Shown piece by piece: positions 31,523 through 43,900 of a stretch of 64,000 nt of DNA (the stretch's first letter is position 1; each line of letters starts with the position of its first letter). The stretch comes from Psammoneis japonica. Its lineage: Eukaryota. The notes beneath the pieces are model-generated. The model was not told where the DNA came from, did no database searches, and saw only the letters and a program-made list of their open reading frames with translations. The translations under genes were made by a program, and so were the position numbers. The stretch lies in contig QPGO01000101.1 in NCBI GenBank assembly GCA_008632985.1, positions 1-64,000 on the forward strand, given 5' to 3'.

Positions 31523-33943
31523 ATGCCGGAACGATCCTCTACTTGGACCACAATAACGTCCTTGATCCGGCTCATTGCTGTGCAAGCCGTAGTATGGTTG
31601 CTAACGGTTCAGGTAGTACGAAAGAAAAGAGTGAAAGATCCAGGTACTGCGGCGATGCAGCAAGTCCATGACTATAGCGAGTATTACACGACGCCCTCCG
31701 ATGTTGCAAACTGGCCATCGTTGGAGGAATGGCAAAAAGAATTGGGATTGGAATTGTCCAGGAATGCCGAATTGTTCTATCATCATATTTTATATGAAAG
31801 TGAAAATGGCACTTCCATTGATGATTTGTATCGCCAACACTGTCACTACGAGCCCGACAACTTTGAAAAGAAGAATGGCATTGTTGGGTATGATTTGATT
31901 GAGGAGGGACGTGGATTGTGTATGATTAAGTACAATTGCATATACCAGTTCTGCAACAGAGGACCAAATGCGACAGAACGGAGATCGTACAATTTACCAG
32001 CCGCAACTGTCAAGGTGAAAAATCAAGACGATGTGGTCCATGCCATCCAGTTTGCGAATCGGCATAACATTCCCATTTCGATCAAGTTGTCTGGCCATAA
32101 CTTTGCCGGATCGTCACTGCTCAAAGACTCTTTGAACATATGGATGATCCATTACGAGAAAGATGGTACCATCAACACCAATTCCCAAAATTCGTGTCCT
32201 TCTAATGAGCAACGTCCTGTCACGACCGTCGGTATCGGTGGAGGAGAACTCCAAAACGACCTCTTCAACCATGTCAGAGATTCATATCACATCTTGTCGG
32301 GTGATACTCGTTCCGTCGGTGTCGCGGGTTGGTTGCAAGGCGTCGGATTGAGTCATACCGCTCGGACTTATGGATTGGGTGTCGACCACGTTATGAGATT
32401 TGACCTTGTGTTGGCGAATGGGACCCAAACCTTTGCGGATGAATGTACGAATCCCGACTTGTTTTGGGCCTTGAAGGGTGGCGGAGGTGGTACCTATGGC
32501 GTTGTCACGCATATGGATTATAGATTGGAAGAGCCCAGCAAGGTCACAATCATAAAGTTCAAATTGCCCATTGACAAGAAAACAAAACGGCCCAAGAAAT
32601 CTCATGTGTACAAGTATTTGAGATATTGGATCGATGTGACACCTAACATGGATACACGTGTAGGTGGGTCCTTCTTTAAAAGCCACGGATTCGAATTGCA
32701 CATTTTGGGGGATATGGAGTTGGCGTACGATTTGTTTTTGAATGATTTTGAGCAGTTCTTGGACGACGAAGGATTTCTTGAAGAAGAAGATTACACGTTG
32801 AATATCAACGAATACAAATCGTGGTACGACTTCATGGGTGGTGACGAAGGATACGAATGGGATCGCACCCAGCACAACATTAATGAAAGTGGTCATGGTC
32901 CCAAAGCGTCGACGCGATTGGTACCGCACGATCTTGTCGTACAAGATCCCGAGTACATTTTGGAAATTATGATGAACATGACATTCATCCACTCCCATTC
33001 CTTTGGCGCATATTGGTTGGGTGGAAAAGTCCGTGACCTCGGCTACATACCAACACCTGTGGAGCCAGAGTCAAAGGAAAAACAGATCATTGTGACAGCA
33101 AGCTTCCATAACAGCAGCAGCGATGGTTTTGTATATCAGGACGACGTGTTTAGGGGCACCGATAATCCCTCACACGCATCCGGTCAACATGTACATGTTC
33201 ATGATAGTTTCAACAATGCTTCTGGCGCGTTACAGGTGACTGTCGGGGGCATGGACGACGAGGATGTCAACAAGGAAATGTCCGGTGGTTGGTCCTATAC
33301 CTTCCGGCTGGATGAAGATGCGGCTGCCGTATATGTTGAGTTGGATTACGAATTAACCATTTCCTCCAAGTACAACGCCGATGAGCACTGTGAAGTTCGA
33401 TTAAAACTGGACGATGACTCTACCGAACGCTGCATTACGACTCTGAAGAATTTCAAGACTGCCGGGGCATCCGACGAATTCTCGTCGGTCGAACAAGGCA
33501 AGGTTGTCACCTTTGTCAATGTGAGGAAAGGCGTCCATACTCTCTATGTTGGTGGTTACAATAACAAAAAGACATTAGACGACACCAAAGCAATCAAGGT
33601 ACAATTTGACAAGATACAGATAAGTTCGATTCCCGCAAACATCCATGCGTTCAGCAAGGTCCCATTGTATAAATCAACCACGGCAATACATCCCCTCCTG
33701 CGTGATTCGATATATGCCATCACTACCACCACGGATCGTGGTACCGCATACCTTTTAGAGAGATTGCCAGATTCATTCTCGGGCTGTTCCTTCAATCATC
33801 AGGGTGCGTACCATCAAAATTGGAGGACTTGTTTGTGGGGCCAAGATCATTACAAGCGACTGCTGAACATCAAGCAAAAGTACGATCCCAATCATCGATT
33901 TAATTGTTGGCATTGCGTCGGATATAAGGGTCCTGAAGCATGA
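31523..33943 (+). CDS. berberine-bridge-enzyme-like FAD-linked oxidoreductase with a ~200-aa inserted domain
   Basis: 806 aa. DVVHAIQFANRHNI.ISIKLSGHNFAGSS, SVGVAGWLQGVG, YGLGVD, DLFWALKGGGGGTYGVVT, and the C-terminal BBE motif WGQDHYKRLLNIKQKYDPNHRFNCWHCVG. Confidence 0.9.
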   Translation: MPERSSTWTTITSLIRLIAVQAVVWLLTVQVVRKKRVKDPGTAAMQQVHDYSEYYTTPSDVANWPSLEEWQKELGLELSRNAELFYHHILYESENGTSIDDLYRQHCHYEPDNFEKKNGIVGYDLIEEGRGLCMIKYNCIYQFCNRGPNATERRSYNLPAATVKVKNQDDVVHAIQFANRHNIPISIKLSGHNFAGSSLLKDSLNIWMIHYEKDGTINTNSQNSCPSNEQRPVTTVGIGGGELQNDLFNHVRDSYHILSGDTRSVGVAGWLQGVGLSHTARTYGLGVDHVMRFDLVLANGTQTFADECTNPDLFWALKGGGGGTYGVVTHMDYRLEEPSKVTIIKFKLPIDKKTKRPKKSHVYKYLRYWIDVTPNMDTRVGGSFFKSHGFELHILGDMELAYDLFLNDFEQFLDDEGFLEEEDYTLNINEYKSWYDFMGGDEGYEWDRTQHNINESGHGPKASTRLVPHDLVVQDPEYILEIMMNMTFIHSHSFGAYWLGGKVRDLGYIPTPVEPESKEKQIIVTASFHNSSSDGFVYQDDVFRGTDNPSHASGQHVHVHDSFNNASGALQVTVGGMDDEDVNKEMSGGWSYTFRLDEDAAAVYVELDYELTISSKYNADEHCEVRLKLDDDSTERCITTLKNFKTAGASDEFSSVEQGKVVTFVNVRKGVHTLYVGGYNNKKTLDDTKAIKVQFDKIQISSIPANIHAFSKVPLYKSTTAIHPLLRDSIYAITTTTDRGTAYLLERLPDSFSGCSFNHQGAYHQNWRTCLWGQDHYKRLLNIKQKYDPNHRFNCWHCVGYKGPEA

Positions 33944-34129
33944 TCTGTTTGTACTTGCAGACACGTTTTTTTTTTTGCCAGTAACAATAGAACTTGTCTC
34001 CCCACATTTTGGTGCTCGTCACAGAAAATCACATCTCATCCAACGTAGAATTCTGCGCGTGGCACCCTGGAGTCAAGTCATTGGAAACGTTGACATTAGA
34101 CAGTTTCAACAGAAACTGATGTTACATTG

Positions 34130-37100
34130 TCAGTTTCAAAAAAAATCTTGAAACCACATGGAGATGAGACAAATGCTGTCAATTGAGCTTTTGTGCATTC
34201 ACGAATGATGTGTTTGACATTTTAGCTTCAATGAGTTTGAGCCGACTCCCAGACAAAACGCCCACATGACGTTAGACGCCAAGTGATGAAATGCTCGAAG
34301 GGTGCAATGGAAAACGACCCCACCACACGAGAAACTGAAATGCAAAAAAGTCATTGTGCTCCACAAGATCAGAACATTCAACCACTCATGGGCTGCAAAC
34401 CATCCAGTGTTTGCACGTGACTTCAAGAGCTGTGCAAACAGAGAGAGTGAATCCCCTGTGCAAACAAAAACTTTCATTGTTCTGCATTGTGCTGGACACG
34501 CAAAAATGCATGAAGTGAGGCAAACATTCATGACTGATGATTGTTGACATGGACCAAGTGGTGCACATGTCCCAGGGTCAAATTCAGAGCAAAACTTGAG
34601 CAGGCGAAGGTGCTCTGAAATCAAAAAGAGTGTCGTTCCAACAAACTTTTGGAGCAAACAAAAAAAAACTTTGGGCACATTCCAGGCATGCTGTCCACAG
34701 TGTTCAAGAACAACAACATTTTTTGTTCATGAGAAAGAGTGTGCTGGGTTGCTTTTGTCACTCGACTGACCTTGTCACAGGAGTGAGTGCTGCAAACAAC
34801 TGTGGATTCAATGACAAGGCCACTTTCCTGCATTTGCAGTCTGTCCACAATGATGTCAATTGTGCAAAAGCATGTGTTGGAAAATGTGACTCCTGGCAAC
34901 TGTGCAGATGGCACCACAGGAGTTTTGTGCAAATGAGTCATGAGCTGGCTGGCCATTGCACAAGCAATGATGTGCTCCAGTCGCACACAAACAAAAGCAC
35001 GCACAAAAATGACATTGGCGCAATTTCTGTGCAGCAGTCTCTGAATTGCAAACAAACTTTCACCACCAAAAGCACAGATTTGCTCAAATTTCAATGTTTT
35101 GCAATGCTGACAAGACTTGTGTCAGTGTTGCAATGTCAACGTTTTTGTGCGATCAATGTTTTTTCATTGCGACAAATGAGTTGCAAGATGATGGATGATT
35201 TTTGCCAAAATTTTTGAAGATTCATTTGCCATTGCTGTTTGGATGTTGGCACAAAATGTCTCAGCATGCATTTCATGGCAGTGATCTGCTTGCAGCACAA
35301 AATGCTCTGTGACATGAACATGGCTGATGTGCAGCGCCAGCATTGACTCTGCAAAAAAAAAATTGTGACATGCATCCCATGAAAAATTGAGCACCAATGA
35401 AAAAAATCATTTGAGTGTGTCAGTGCACAGAAAATGGGAATCCCCCAAGACAGGGCCCATCTTGGTGGACCCTTTCCACTGCTCCTTCCTGTCCTGCCCC
35501 CTGCACCCCTCAGAAGTTGGTTCAAAGTTGCTTTTTCGTGGTGCAGCTGTGGTCACAGGTGGTCAATGGCATTGGTGATCCAGAGCCAATGTTGGGGGTG
35601 TCAAGACTGGAGCACATGGCATTGCCACATTGACGGGGATTTAGGAGGTGTGATCTTGAGTCAGCGGTGTGCCAGGGAGCTGCCAGGGGGGAAGTCAATG
35701 TCAGATGGGGCAGCACTTCTCCAAACAATGCAAAGGGGAGTTGTTGACATCATCTGACTCAACGGGGTGACCATCAATGGATGGTTTCCTTTTGCATTGT
35801 GAGCTTGCTTGCTCCATTGTTGGTTTGTGGCAAAATGGTTGACAATGGCAGAGCATTTGAGGTGCAGGACAAAATGAGGTCAGGAAGGAAGCTGGAGAGT
35901 GGCAGGAAGATGGGCACCATGAAATGCATCTGTTGTGTGTTTTGAGCGGGGAAAGCTGGTCAAGAGCATTTGCAAAGAATGACATGGGATTCTGACGACT
36001 TGCAGCCAATTGTGGCAAGTTGGCATTTCCAACAGGACTTGGGTGCTCAGCATGGATTGCTTGGATTGGCACACTGCAAAAAAGATGGAAAATGGGTTGA
36101 GAAGGCTCACAATGACTTTGTTGTGTCCTCTTTGCTGTTGACAGCAAGGCTGTGATCTGTGCTGTGTTCGCTGGTGCTGTCACATGCATCCCATGATCTG
36201 CAGGCACACTGCACCCAGATTTGCTCAGCATGGCATGCAAGAGCTGCTGTGTGGCACTCATCTTGTGTGGTCACCACACACACAATCAAAATCTTGTGAA
36301 TTTTGCCCACTCACACAAAGTCTTGCACCATGGCTGCTGTGGCACCCCCACCTTTTGTGCCATTGTGATTGTCGTTGTGCATTGTCATGTCTGTTGCTGG
36401 CTGTTGGCATGGTGCAACCCAACATCATGTCAATGCACAAATCAGCTGCTTTGTCTGCAAGAGCAATGGCCTCCAGTTTGGCAGGGTTGCTGCTGATGCC
36501 AACTTTTGGCCAAGCTGGGAGAAGTTTTAACAAAGCAGCAGCTTGGCAACAGAGCTGCTCCCAATGAAGAAGATCACAACAAGCTGCTCTCATGAGGCCA
36601 GACCCAGGACAAAAATGAAGACAAGCAGGGGCTGCAGCAACTCTGGTGCAATGCAGTTGAGCCCAGATGAGGACACCAGAGTGCCATGTGGGTGTGGCCC
36701 ATGTGCAGGAATTGATGCATCACAAATGACTCCATCAAGGTGAGTCATTTGTGCACCTTTTTTGCCACCTGCACTCAAGCTGAGATGCGGTCTGTTGATG
36801 AACACATGCACCCCCCATCTCAACAAGAACAAAGAGAACACAAGTGTGAGAAGCAAGCTCTCTTCTTGGGGCTTGTTGGCTCAGTTTGGCAAAAAGGCTG
36901 AGATTTGTTTGATGAGTGTGGTGGGTGGGCCATGCTGTCTTTCACATTGTCATGGCCAACCCAAAGACAGCTTGTTCCTTGTCATTGCCAACATGCACAA
37001 AAGAGCCACTTTGTGTGTCATCAAAGGGGCCACGCGGCAGCTGGGTCATCTCAGAGGTCTCCTCCCTCAGAGAATGCTTTTGTGTGCTGGCGAGGTTCCT

Positions 37101-37400
37101 GGATTGGTGTGGGCATGGCAAGAGCATCACTGAGCTCAGCACTGCAAGAGATCCTGCCAGAATTTTTTCATTTGTTGTTGGGAAATGTGCCCATGCTCTG
37201 CACACACAGCAAAAAAAAGCGGCTCTCGCTTCCACACAACATTTTTTGTGGGTGGTGAGAGCAGCACCCATGGTGGATCAGTGTTTTGCAATTGTTGACC
37301 TCTGTTGTCATTCTAATTTGTTTGTTTGTGGCAACATTTCTTGTGTCAAGAGACAAAAGAGCTGGAAAACAGGCCACAGTCACAAACGACTTTTGTTGCG
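34130..37400. other. TpA- and CpG-depleted block, content unidentified
   Basis: Almost no TA between the BBE gene 3' flank and ~37430. Confidence 0.9.
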
Positions 37401-38884
37401 CCCCATGTCCGCGGTCAGCCAACAAACAATAAATTGGAGCTCGCATGACACTGACGTCATTCGACCACACATGTCCGCGAGGGGGTGCTGGGTCTGTCCC
37501 CCTGTGTTTATTCGGTTGCCTCTCCACGTAGATTTGCGGTAGTGAGATTTTTGAAGGCCCAAACGGTGTGATGGGGGCAAGCCCCATCCAGCTCTGCCGT
37601 GTAGCTACAGTAACAACCCGACGCAACACACATCACACATCTCACATTTGACCATGGTGTTTTCACGGAGTTCCAAAATGGCAGCCGACATTGTACTAGA
37701 CGCTCATCATCATGTCTCGTCCACATCATTTCATTTTGAAGAAGCTTTGTCATGGGGTGATTTCATTATTGGTTGGATTTTAATCTATGCGTTGCTGTGA
37801 GTACTACTAGTGCGATAAGACGTTGTTGTTTTATGAAAAAGATTTGTTGTTGCTATATGCATGTGTTTTTTTTCTCACTCATCTTTTACCAACAACACAC
37901 AATATTCAATATCAGATTGCATTAATTAATACAGTCATTCTCATGGTACAGCACTTGACGGGTGCACGCTTTGGCATGTTTTTTGGCATTACCCAACCCA
38001 AAGCTGCATCGTCACGTTGGATCGCATCAAGCTGGAATCGGGACGAATCGTTTCCTTTGCTTTGTTGTTGTTGGTAGCGGCCGATGTGTTGGAGACTCTC
38101 ATGAAACCCATGCACGATATTCAAATGGAGACTATACAAAATGGCACTCATTAGTGCCATTCGAACGGGATTGGCATACTTTTTGGGAAAGGAAATGGAA
38201 GAAGTCATGCATCATGTGCAACATGCAGAAGAAGAGCGTACACAGGTAGTAGTAGTAGCAACAATAGTGTGGCCATGATGGAAATGAAGAAAATGAAATG
38301 AAATGGGATTGTGAACGTGAATGTGTTGGGATATGGTGGTAACGCTCGTGTTGGTGTTGTTGTGGCTTTTTTTTTTTGGCGTGAGATCGGCGGCTTGACT
38401 TGAGTGTGGGGTTATTATAAAAAGCAATGTGCGTTAAAATTTTTCATAGCAAATCTTGTAGTTTTTTGTTTGCCAGTAGAGGCGTCGATTTTAAATTGGT
38501 GAATGGCGATTTGCTTGGGATAAACGTAAAGAAAGTCTCTTGCTGGTGGAGAGCAAAAAAAAAAGAAACTGTTTCGTCGTTGAACGACCAGGGACTCACT
38601 CTAGATAACCAATGTTATTGCGTACTCCTCTAGTATTTTCGTTATGAGTGCTGCGCACTTGACGAAAGAATACCCTAGTCGCAAAGACATTACTACCTTT
38701 GGAGCTACAGTTGAAAGTAATGTAGCTACCGGACGATATACGATGGAGTGGCTATCAATTACCAGCATTATAATATGTGCTCCAAACATAGACCATGTCG
38801 TGCTTGCTACTACTGTATGCTACGCGATTTTGCCACCGTACAGTAATAAGACCTTTGCGTTTGCTAAAATACCAAACGCACATG

Positions 38885-39568
38885 CTACTTAGTGTCCGCC
38901 AGGAGGAAGGAGACCATCACATTGCCCAACTTGTCGTGAACCATCAAACCCAACAAACCCATTTGGGCGGCACGACCATTGTTCAACTCAATGGCACGCT
39001 TCCTCAGTTTGGTTTCGTCCGAATAGCTGTCCCAACCAAAGTCGAGGGCACCGTTCCTATAATAGCAGGAGAATGACAGACTTGAATCAGTAAACACAAA
39101 CAATAAACACTTGTTGAAATTGCCATTATGATGGAACAATACGCACCTGAAATCACCAACAAATTCTCCCTTGCCTGTAAAGTCCTGGTTAATGGCTTCC
39201 GCCAACAACACAGCCAACGCCATTTGCCCAAACACAGCCGGGGGGACCTTTTCAAGGGCCGCAAAACCCGAGGGAATGTCTTCGGCTCCGGGGAAACGAA
39301 CTCCGGCATACGTTACCAAGTATCCAACGACTCCCAACATGGCAATACGGCCATGCTTGAGCTCGACGTATCGAAGGCGATCGAATTTTTCTTGGTCGGC
39401 ATCCTTGACCATACCGAGTGGATCAAAGAAACCAAGAGGAGGCTGCGCACCAAGCTCATCTTTAAAGGCCTTCAACAAAGTGGAAGAAGAAGCCTGCTGC
39501 TGCTGCTGCTGGGCAGGAGCAAAGGCAGCGGCCGAAGCAAGAAGGGAGGCAAGGATAGCAGTCTTCAT
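38885..39568 (-). CDS. Lhcf: fucoxanthin-chlorophyll a/c binding protein; exons 39568-39147 and 39056-38885, 90-bp intron
   Basis: MKTAILASLLASAAAFAP (bipartite plastid targeting), ELGAQPPLGFFDPLG, RLRYVELKHGRIAML, GDFR|NGALDFGWD, RAIELNNGRAAQMG. GT-AG intron 39146-39057; 197 aa. Confidence 0.95.
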   Translation of the reverse strand: MKTAILASLLASAAAFAPAQQQQQQASSSTLLKAFKDELGAQPPLGFFDPLGMVKDADQEKFDRLRYVELKHGRIAMLGVVGYLVTYAGVRFPGAEDIPSGFAALEKVPPAVFGQMALAVLLAEAINQDFTGKGEFVGDFRCVLFHHNGNFNKCLLFVFTDSSLSFSCYYRNGALDFGWDSYSDETKLRKRAIELNNGRAAQMGLLGLMVHDKLGNVMVSFLLADTK

Positions 39569-39636
39569 GGTGAAACGGTACGATACAGTGTTGCAGTGCG
39601 CTGTTGCGAGGAGGAAGTGCATGATGAACACGTGAA

Positions 39637-39675
39637 TCTCGCGATCTTCTGTGGAGCTGAATTCAACATCCGGGT
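39637..39675 (-). promoter_or_regulatory. conserved upstream motifs of Lhcf copy 1
   Basis: TCTCGCGATC (39637-39646) and TTCAACATCCGGGT (39662-39675), both also present upstream of copy 2. Confidence 0.55.
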
Positions 39676-40168
39676 ATTTCAATAAAGACAGGATGATTGA
39701 GTGGTGATTCGCGACCAATCAGTCCGTTTCTACGTGAATACATAGTAGTCTACAGTGCCGCTATAAAGTTTCCGATGCATGGCTCTGCGGGACTCGAAAA
39801 TGCCTCGTCGTCTCATCCAAACGCCGAATTCGAAACTCCACAGCTTATTGTTGTGCTACTAGATATGGTAGTAGAGTAGTCGTAGAGGATAGCCCTAGAG
39901 AAATAATATGGCTAGGGTACAATGACAAGGCGGTTCCCAAAGACCCATCAAATGATCCGCTGCGTACCCCAACTCAGTTCCCGAAGAGATGACAAGGTCC
40001 CCTTCTCTTGGAAGGGGTGCTTGATGCATGACACGAACAAAAGCAGTTGGCTGTAGTCCACTACGTTGCAATCGGGGACAGTTTGAAGGATCGACTTATA
40101 ATTAGCCATTCTACAGTTTGAGACTTGCTAGTAACATTTACAATCCAAGTCCATGTCGTACAATGTAC

Positions 40169-40842
40169 TTAGTTTCCTCCGGGAGGGAGGAGAATATCAA
40201 CATTTCCCATCTTGTCGTGAACCATCAATCCCAACAATCCCATCATGGCAGCGCGTCCTTGGTTCAACTCAATGGCACGCTTCTGAAGTTTGGTTTCTTC
40301 CGAAAAGGTGTCCCAACCGAAGTCGAGGGCGCCGTTCCTAAATCATAGTCAAAAACAAGAGTATGAGTGATCAGAACAAAAGTGTCCTTTCCTGAAGCCA
40401 CTCGTTGCACTCCTGGTTAGAATGATACATACCTGAAATCACCGACGAATTCTCCCAGACCCGTGTCGTCACGGTTAACACCTTCCATCAACAAAACGGT
40501 GAAAAAGACTTGGGCCCATACCGGAGCGGGAACCTTGTCAAGGGCGGCAAATCCGGCAGGAATGTCTTCGGCACCGGGGAAACGGATTCCGGCATAGGTC
40601 ACCAAGTATCCGACAACACCCAACATGGCAATACGTCCGTGCTTGATCTCTACCAATCGAAGACGGTCGAATTTTTCTTGGTCGCCATCTTCCACGAGAC
40701 CAAGTGGATCAAAGAAACCAAGCGGAGGTTGCGCACCAAGCTCGTTTTCAAAGGCCTTCAACGCAGTAGAAGAAGCAGCTTGCTTGGCGGGAGCAAAGGC
40801 GACAGCCGAGGCAATGAGGGAGGCAAGGACAACAGTCTTCAT
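40169..40842 (-). CDS. Lhcf: fucoxanthin-chlorophyll a/c binding protein; exons 40842-40433 and 40337-40169, 95-bp intron
   Basis: MKTVVLASLIASAVAFAP, FENELGAQPPLGFFDPLG, EIKHGRIAML. The intron is at the same GDFR position as in copy 1, and exon 2 has RAIELNQGRAAMMG. 192 aa. Confidence 0.95.
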
Positions 40843-40880
40843 GATATAACCGTGGATCGAAAATGAAAGTGTAGTTCAGG

Positions 40881-40950
40881 TCTCGCGATCGGAACAACAG
40901 CACAATCCAAGAAGTATCTTTTTGATCTTTTGCGCGTTCAACATCCGGGT
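40881..40950 (-). promoter_or_regulatory. conserved upstream motifs of Lhcf copy 2
   Basis: TCTCGCGATC (40881-40890) and TTCAACATCCGGGT (40937-40950). Confidence 0.55.
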
Positions 40951-40999
40951 TCAGAATCGACGTGGCCGCGCGCCTACCGTACAGTAAATGGATCGCGCT

Positions 41000-43900
41000 T
41001 CAGTCTTGAAGCTCGACTGGATGCACGACTCAAAAAGACCTTCGGTCGGCGGCAGTGCTGCAGGCGCACCGGTGCAGTGGACGATGGCTCACCTTGTTAA
41101 TCCGGATGGGCAGAGCAGCACCACAAGACGAACAGGTGGGATGACAAGATGACAAACTTTGGTGGTGTCAAGGTGACAAAGGTTGCACGCTGATGCTCGA
41201 CAGCAAAATTCAAATCTCTCTGCGCGTGCCAGAGCAAAGGCTGAAACAACGCAGTGCCTCTTTTTTCCTGACCAAAACCAGCACTCTACAACAGTGTCAA
41301 GAAGATTGGGGTTGCAATCATTTCCAAAGTCAGCACAGCTTTCTTCTTGGGCAAAGACTGTCGTGACCCCCACTTCTCACCAGTCACTTCCAAAATCGTC
41401 CAAAGCACTGTCACTCAAGTTTTGCTGCCACCAAAACGCAATGTGCGCGTTGTTGATTAAGTTGCTTGCTCTTCTGGCAACCCATTTTGTGCTGCTTTTT
41501 GTTTTTTGTTGCTGCTTCTTTCTGACATCGCTTTGTCACAAATGCAAGAATTGCCTGACTCTCTGTGCCTGAAAATGACAAAACGCCAGCATGTGTCCCG
41601 GCGACATTGACTGGCAGCTCCACAAGGGATGGCTCTGATCAAACTGTGCAGCATCACCTGTTGCAAGATCAATCCTGTGCACATGAACTGGCATCTGATG
41701 TCACAGAGGAATCAACGTGAACTCCATGGAGCTCTCCATTGGGGCTGTGCTCAACACTGCCAAAAACTCGCCAGGTGTGGATTCTTCCACTTTGTCACCC
41801 TGCCTGTTGCAAGATCCATTTTTGCCAAATGAGAGCCATTGAAAGAACAGTTGCATTCATTGTCAAAGGCCACCCCCCAAGTGATCAAGGTGCCCATGTT
41901 GTGGGCAAGCGCTGCTGTTCTTCTTTTGCCGGTGCAGCTGACCCTTGTCAACTCACCTGTGGTGGCACCAATGATCGTTGGCTGACTGCTGCTGCTGTTG
42001 GTCCTGTCATCCATGTGTGCTGTGTGCATCACACCACCAGCACTCTTCAAGCAGTGGAAACACACTTTTGTCAACTCAATCTCCTGTGTTGTTTCCATGT
42101 CGATGTGGCGCCTGCACATGTTGCGGGCAATTTGATCTCAAACCACGTGACAAAGAGTCTCAAAACAATGAAATGTGCTGCCATCAGAGCCATCATGTGG
42201 CAAGCCATTTGAGCCACATTTTGTCAAAATGCCACCTTTTGCTCAAACAACTGCATCTTTGAGCAGTTGCATCTTTGAGCAATTGCTCAAACATGACATG
42301 CTTGAGTGATTGCTCAAACATGCAGCATCTTTGAGCAACTGCGCAAACGTGCACCTCCAGTCCAAAATGGTGGACACCGGTGCAAAGCCACTGCACAGTG
42401 CCGGCCTTCTGCACTCAGCACCACACTCTCCTCCTTGCAACAACTCACACACTTTGGATGCAACTGCCATTTGGCACATGTTTCACAGGAGAGAGAGTGC
42501 AAGCATCATGATTTGAGGTGCAGCTGCAGGCACCTGCATTTGGCAAGCAAAATTTTTGCTGACAATGCAGCACAGCTGTGCACAGTCAGTGCCACAAACA
42601 TTGCTGTGCAGGTTGTGGCACAGAGCTGATGCAACAGAAACAAAGTGTTTGTGGCCATTGCACATTTCTAAACTGCGTGTGGTGTGCTTTGTTCTGTTCT
42701 CAACAACAGACATTGTTGTGTTGCATTTCAGCTCCTTGCAATGGCCCTCATTTTCGTGGATGCACATTTGAGCAATTGCTCAAACTTTTGCTGGAAAAAG
42801 CCAAAACTGAAACTCTCAGTCGTGACTGGCAAATGTTGCCAAACAAATTGTTTGCTCGCATCTGCTGCAAATGCGCACTTGCACATGTTTGAGCATTTTT
42901 CTTGCATGGAGCTGCCACCCAACAGCAACAAATCCACATCTGCATGTCTTTTGACATGAGTGAGATTCGCGACAAATCATCAATGGCCCCACTTGAGCTG
43001 GGCCCCAACTGTCAATGCCTGTGCACTGGAAGAGTGTGTGGATGGTGATGGCATGGTGATGCAACCCAGAAGTTGTCAAATTTTTTGCACATCACTCCAG
43101 TGCTTGATGATGTTTGGCATTTGCGCACAAGTGCTCACAGCGCCAGGGAAAATTCTGTTCCATGCTCTCCCCTGATTCTCTCACCAACAACACCAAGGGT
43201 GGGAGTTGGCCATTTGCACCTCTCACACAACACACACAAACATCACGCGTCAACAGATGACCACCATGAAGATGTCAAGCAACTCGTCTTCATCGCCTTC
43301 CCATGATGTGGCGCCCATTGAATCTGGCCTCAATGACTCTGGTGTTTTGGGTGAGTCATTGTGCTCAACAACATGCAACTGTTGGTGCAAACATTGATGC
43401 ATGCAACTCAACACATGAGATGATGTCATCAGACATTGCACCCACCTCTGCATCCCATGGAAGCCCTTGCAGAGGGGTGGTGACATGCAAAACAAAAATT
43501 TTGTCAATTTGTGCGCTGATCACACTTGGACAAAATTGTCTTGAACTCCAGTGTCAAAAACAATTGAGTGCCTTGTCCATGCTCCAAGGAGTCATTTTCT
43601 AAATGAAGGAAACTCCCAAAAGCCACACCACATGGCAACAAACATGACGGCACACAGCAGCGGCCAATTTCCACCTTGTGTCAACAAAAATGACATTGTC
43701 AGAACTGTCATGTCTTCTCTGTCTGTGGGTGCCATTGTTCTTTTGTTCAGCAAAATGGCTTTAGACTCATGTTTTCAGCATCTTGAAAGTTGCAAAGTTT
43801 TTGCTTCCTCTTCTTGGGCTGTTCAACCCCCTGCTCCAAAAGCACTCAACACAAAAAAACAGCGCCATTGAGCCCACCACATCTAAACTGGCCCATGCAG

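Noticed and set aside
37912..38330. Possible small secreted-protein gene on the minus strand
   Set aside because: The signal-like start is followed by an early stop, and I could not establish a convincing splice model or homology.
38885..39718. 277-aa single-exon ORF from the track
   Set aside because: It reads through a stop-free 90-bp intron and starts upstream of the true MKTAIL start. The spliced 197-aa Lhcf is preferred.
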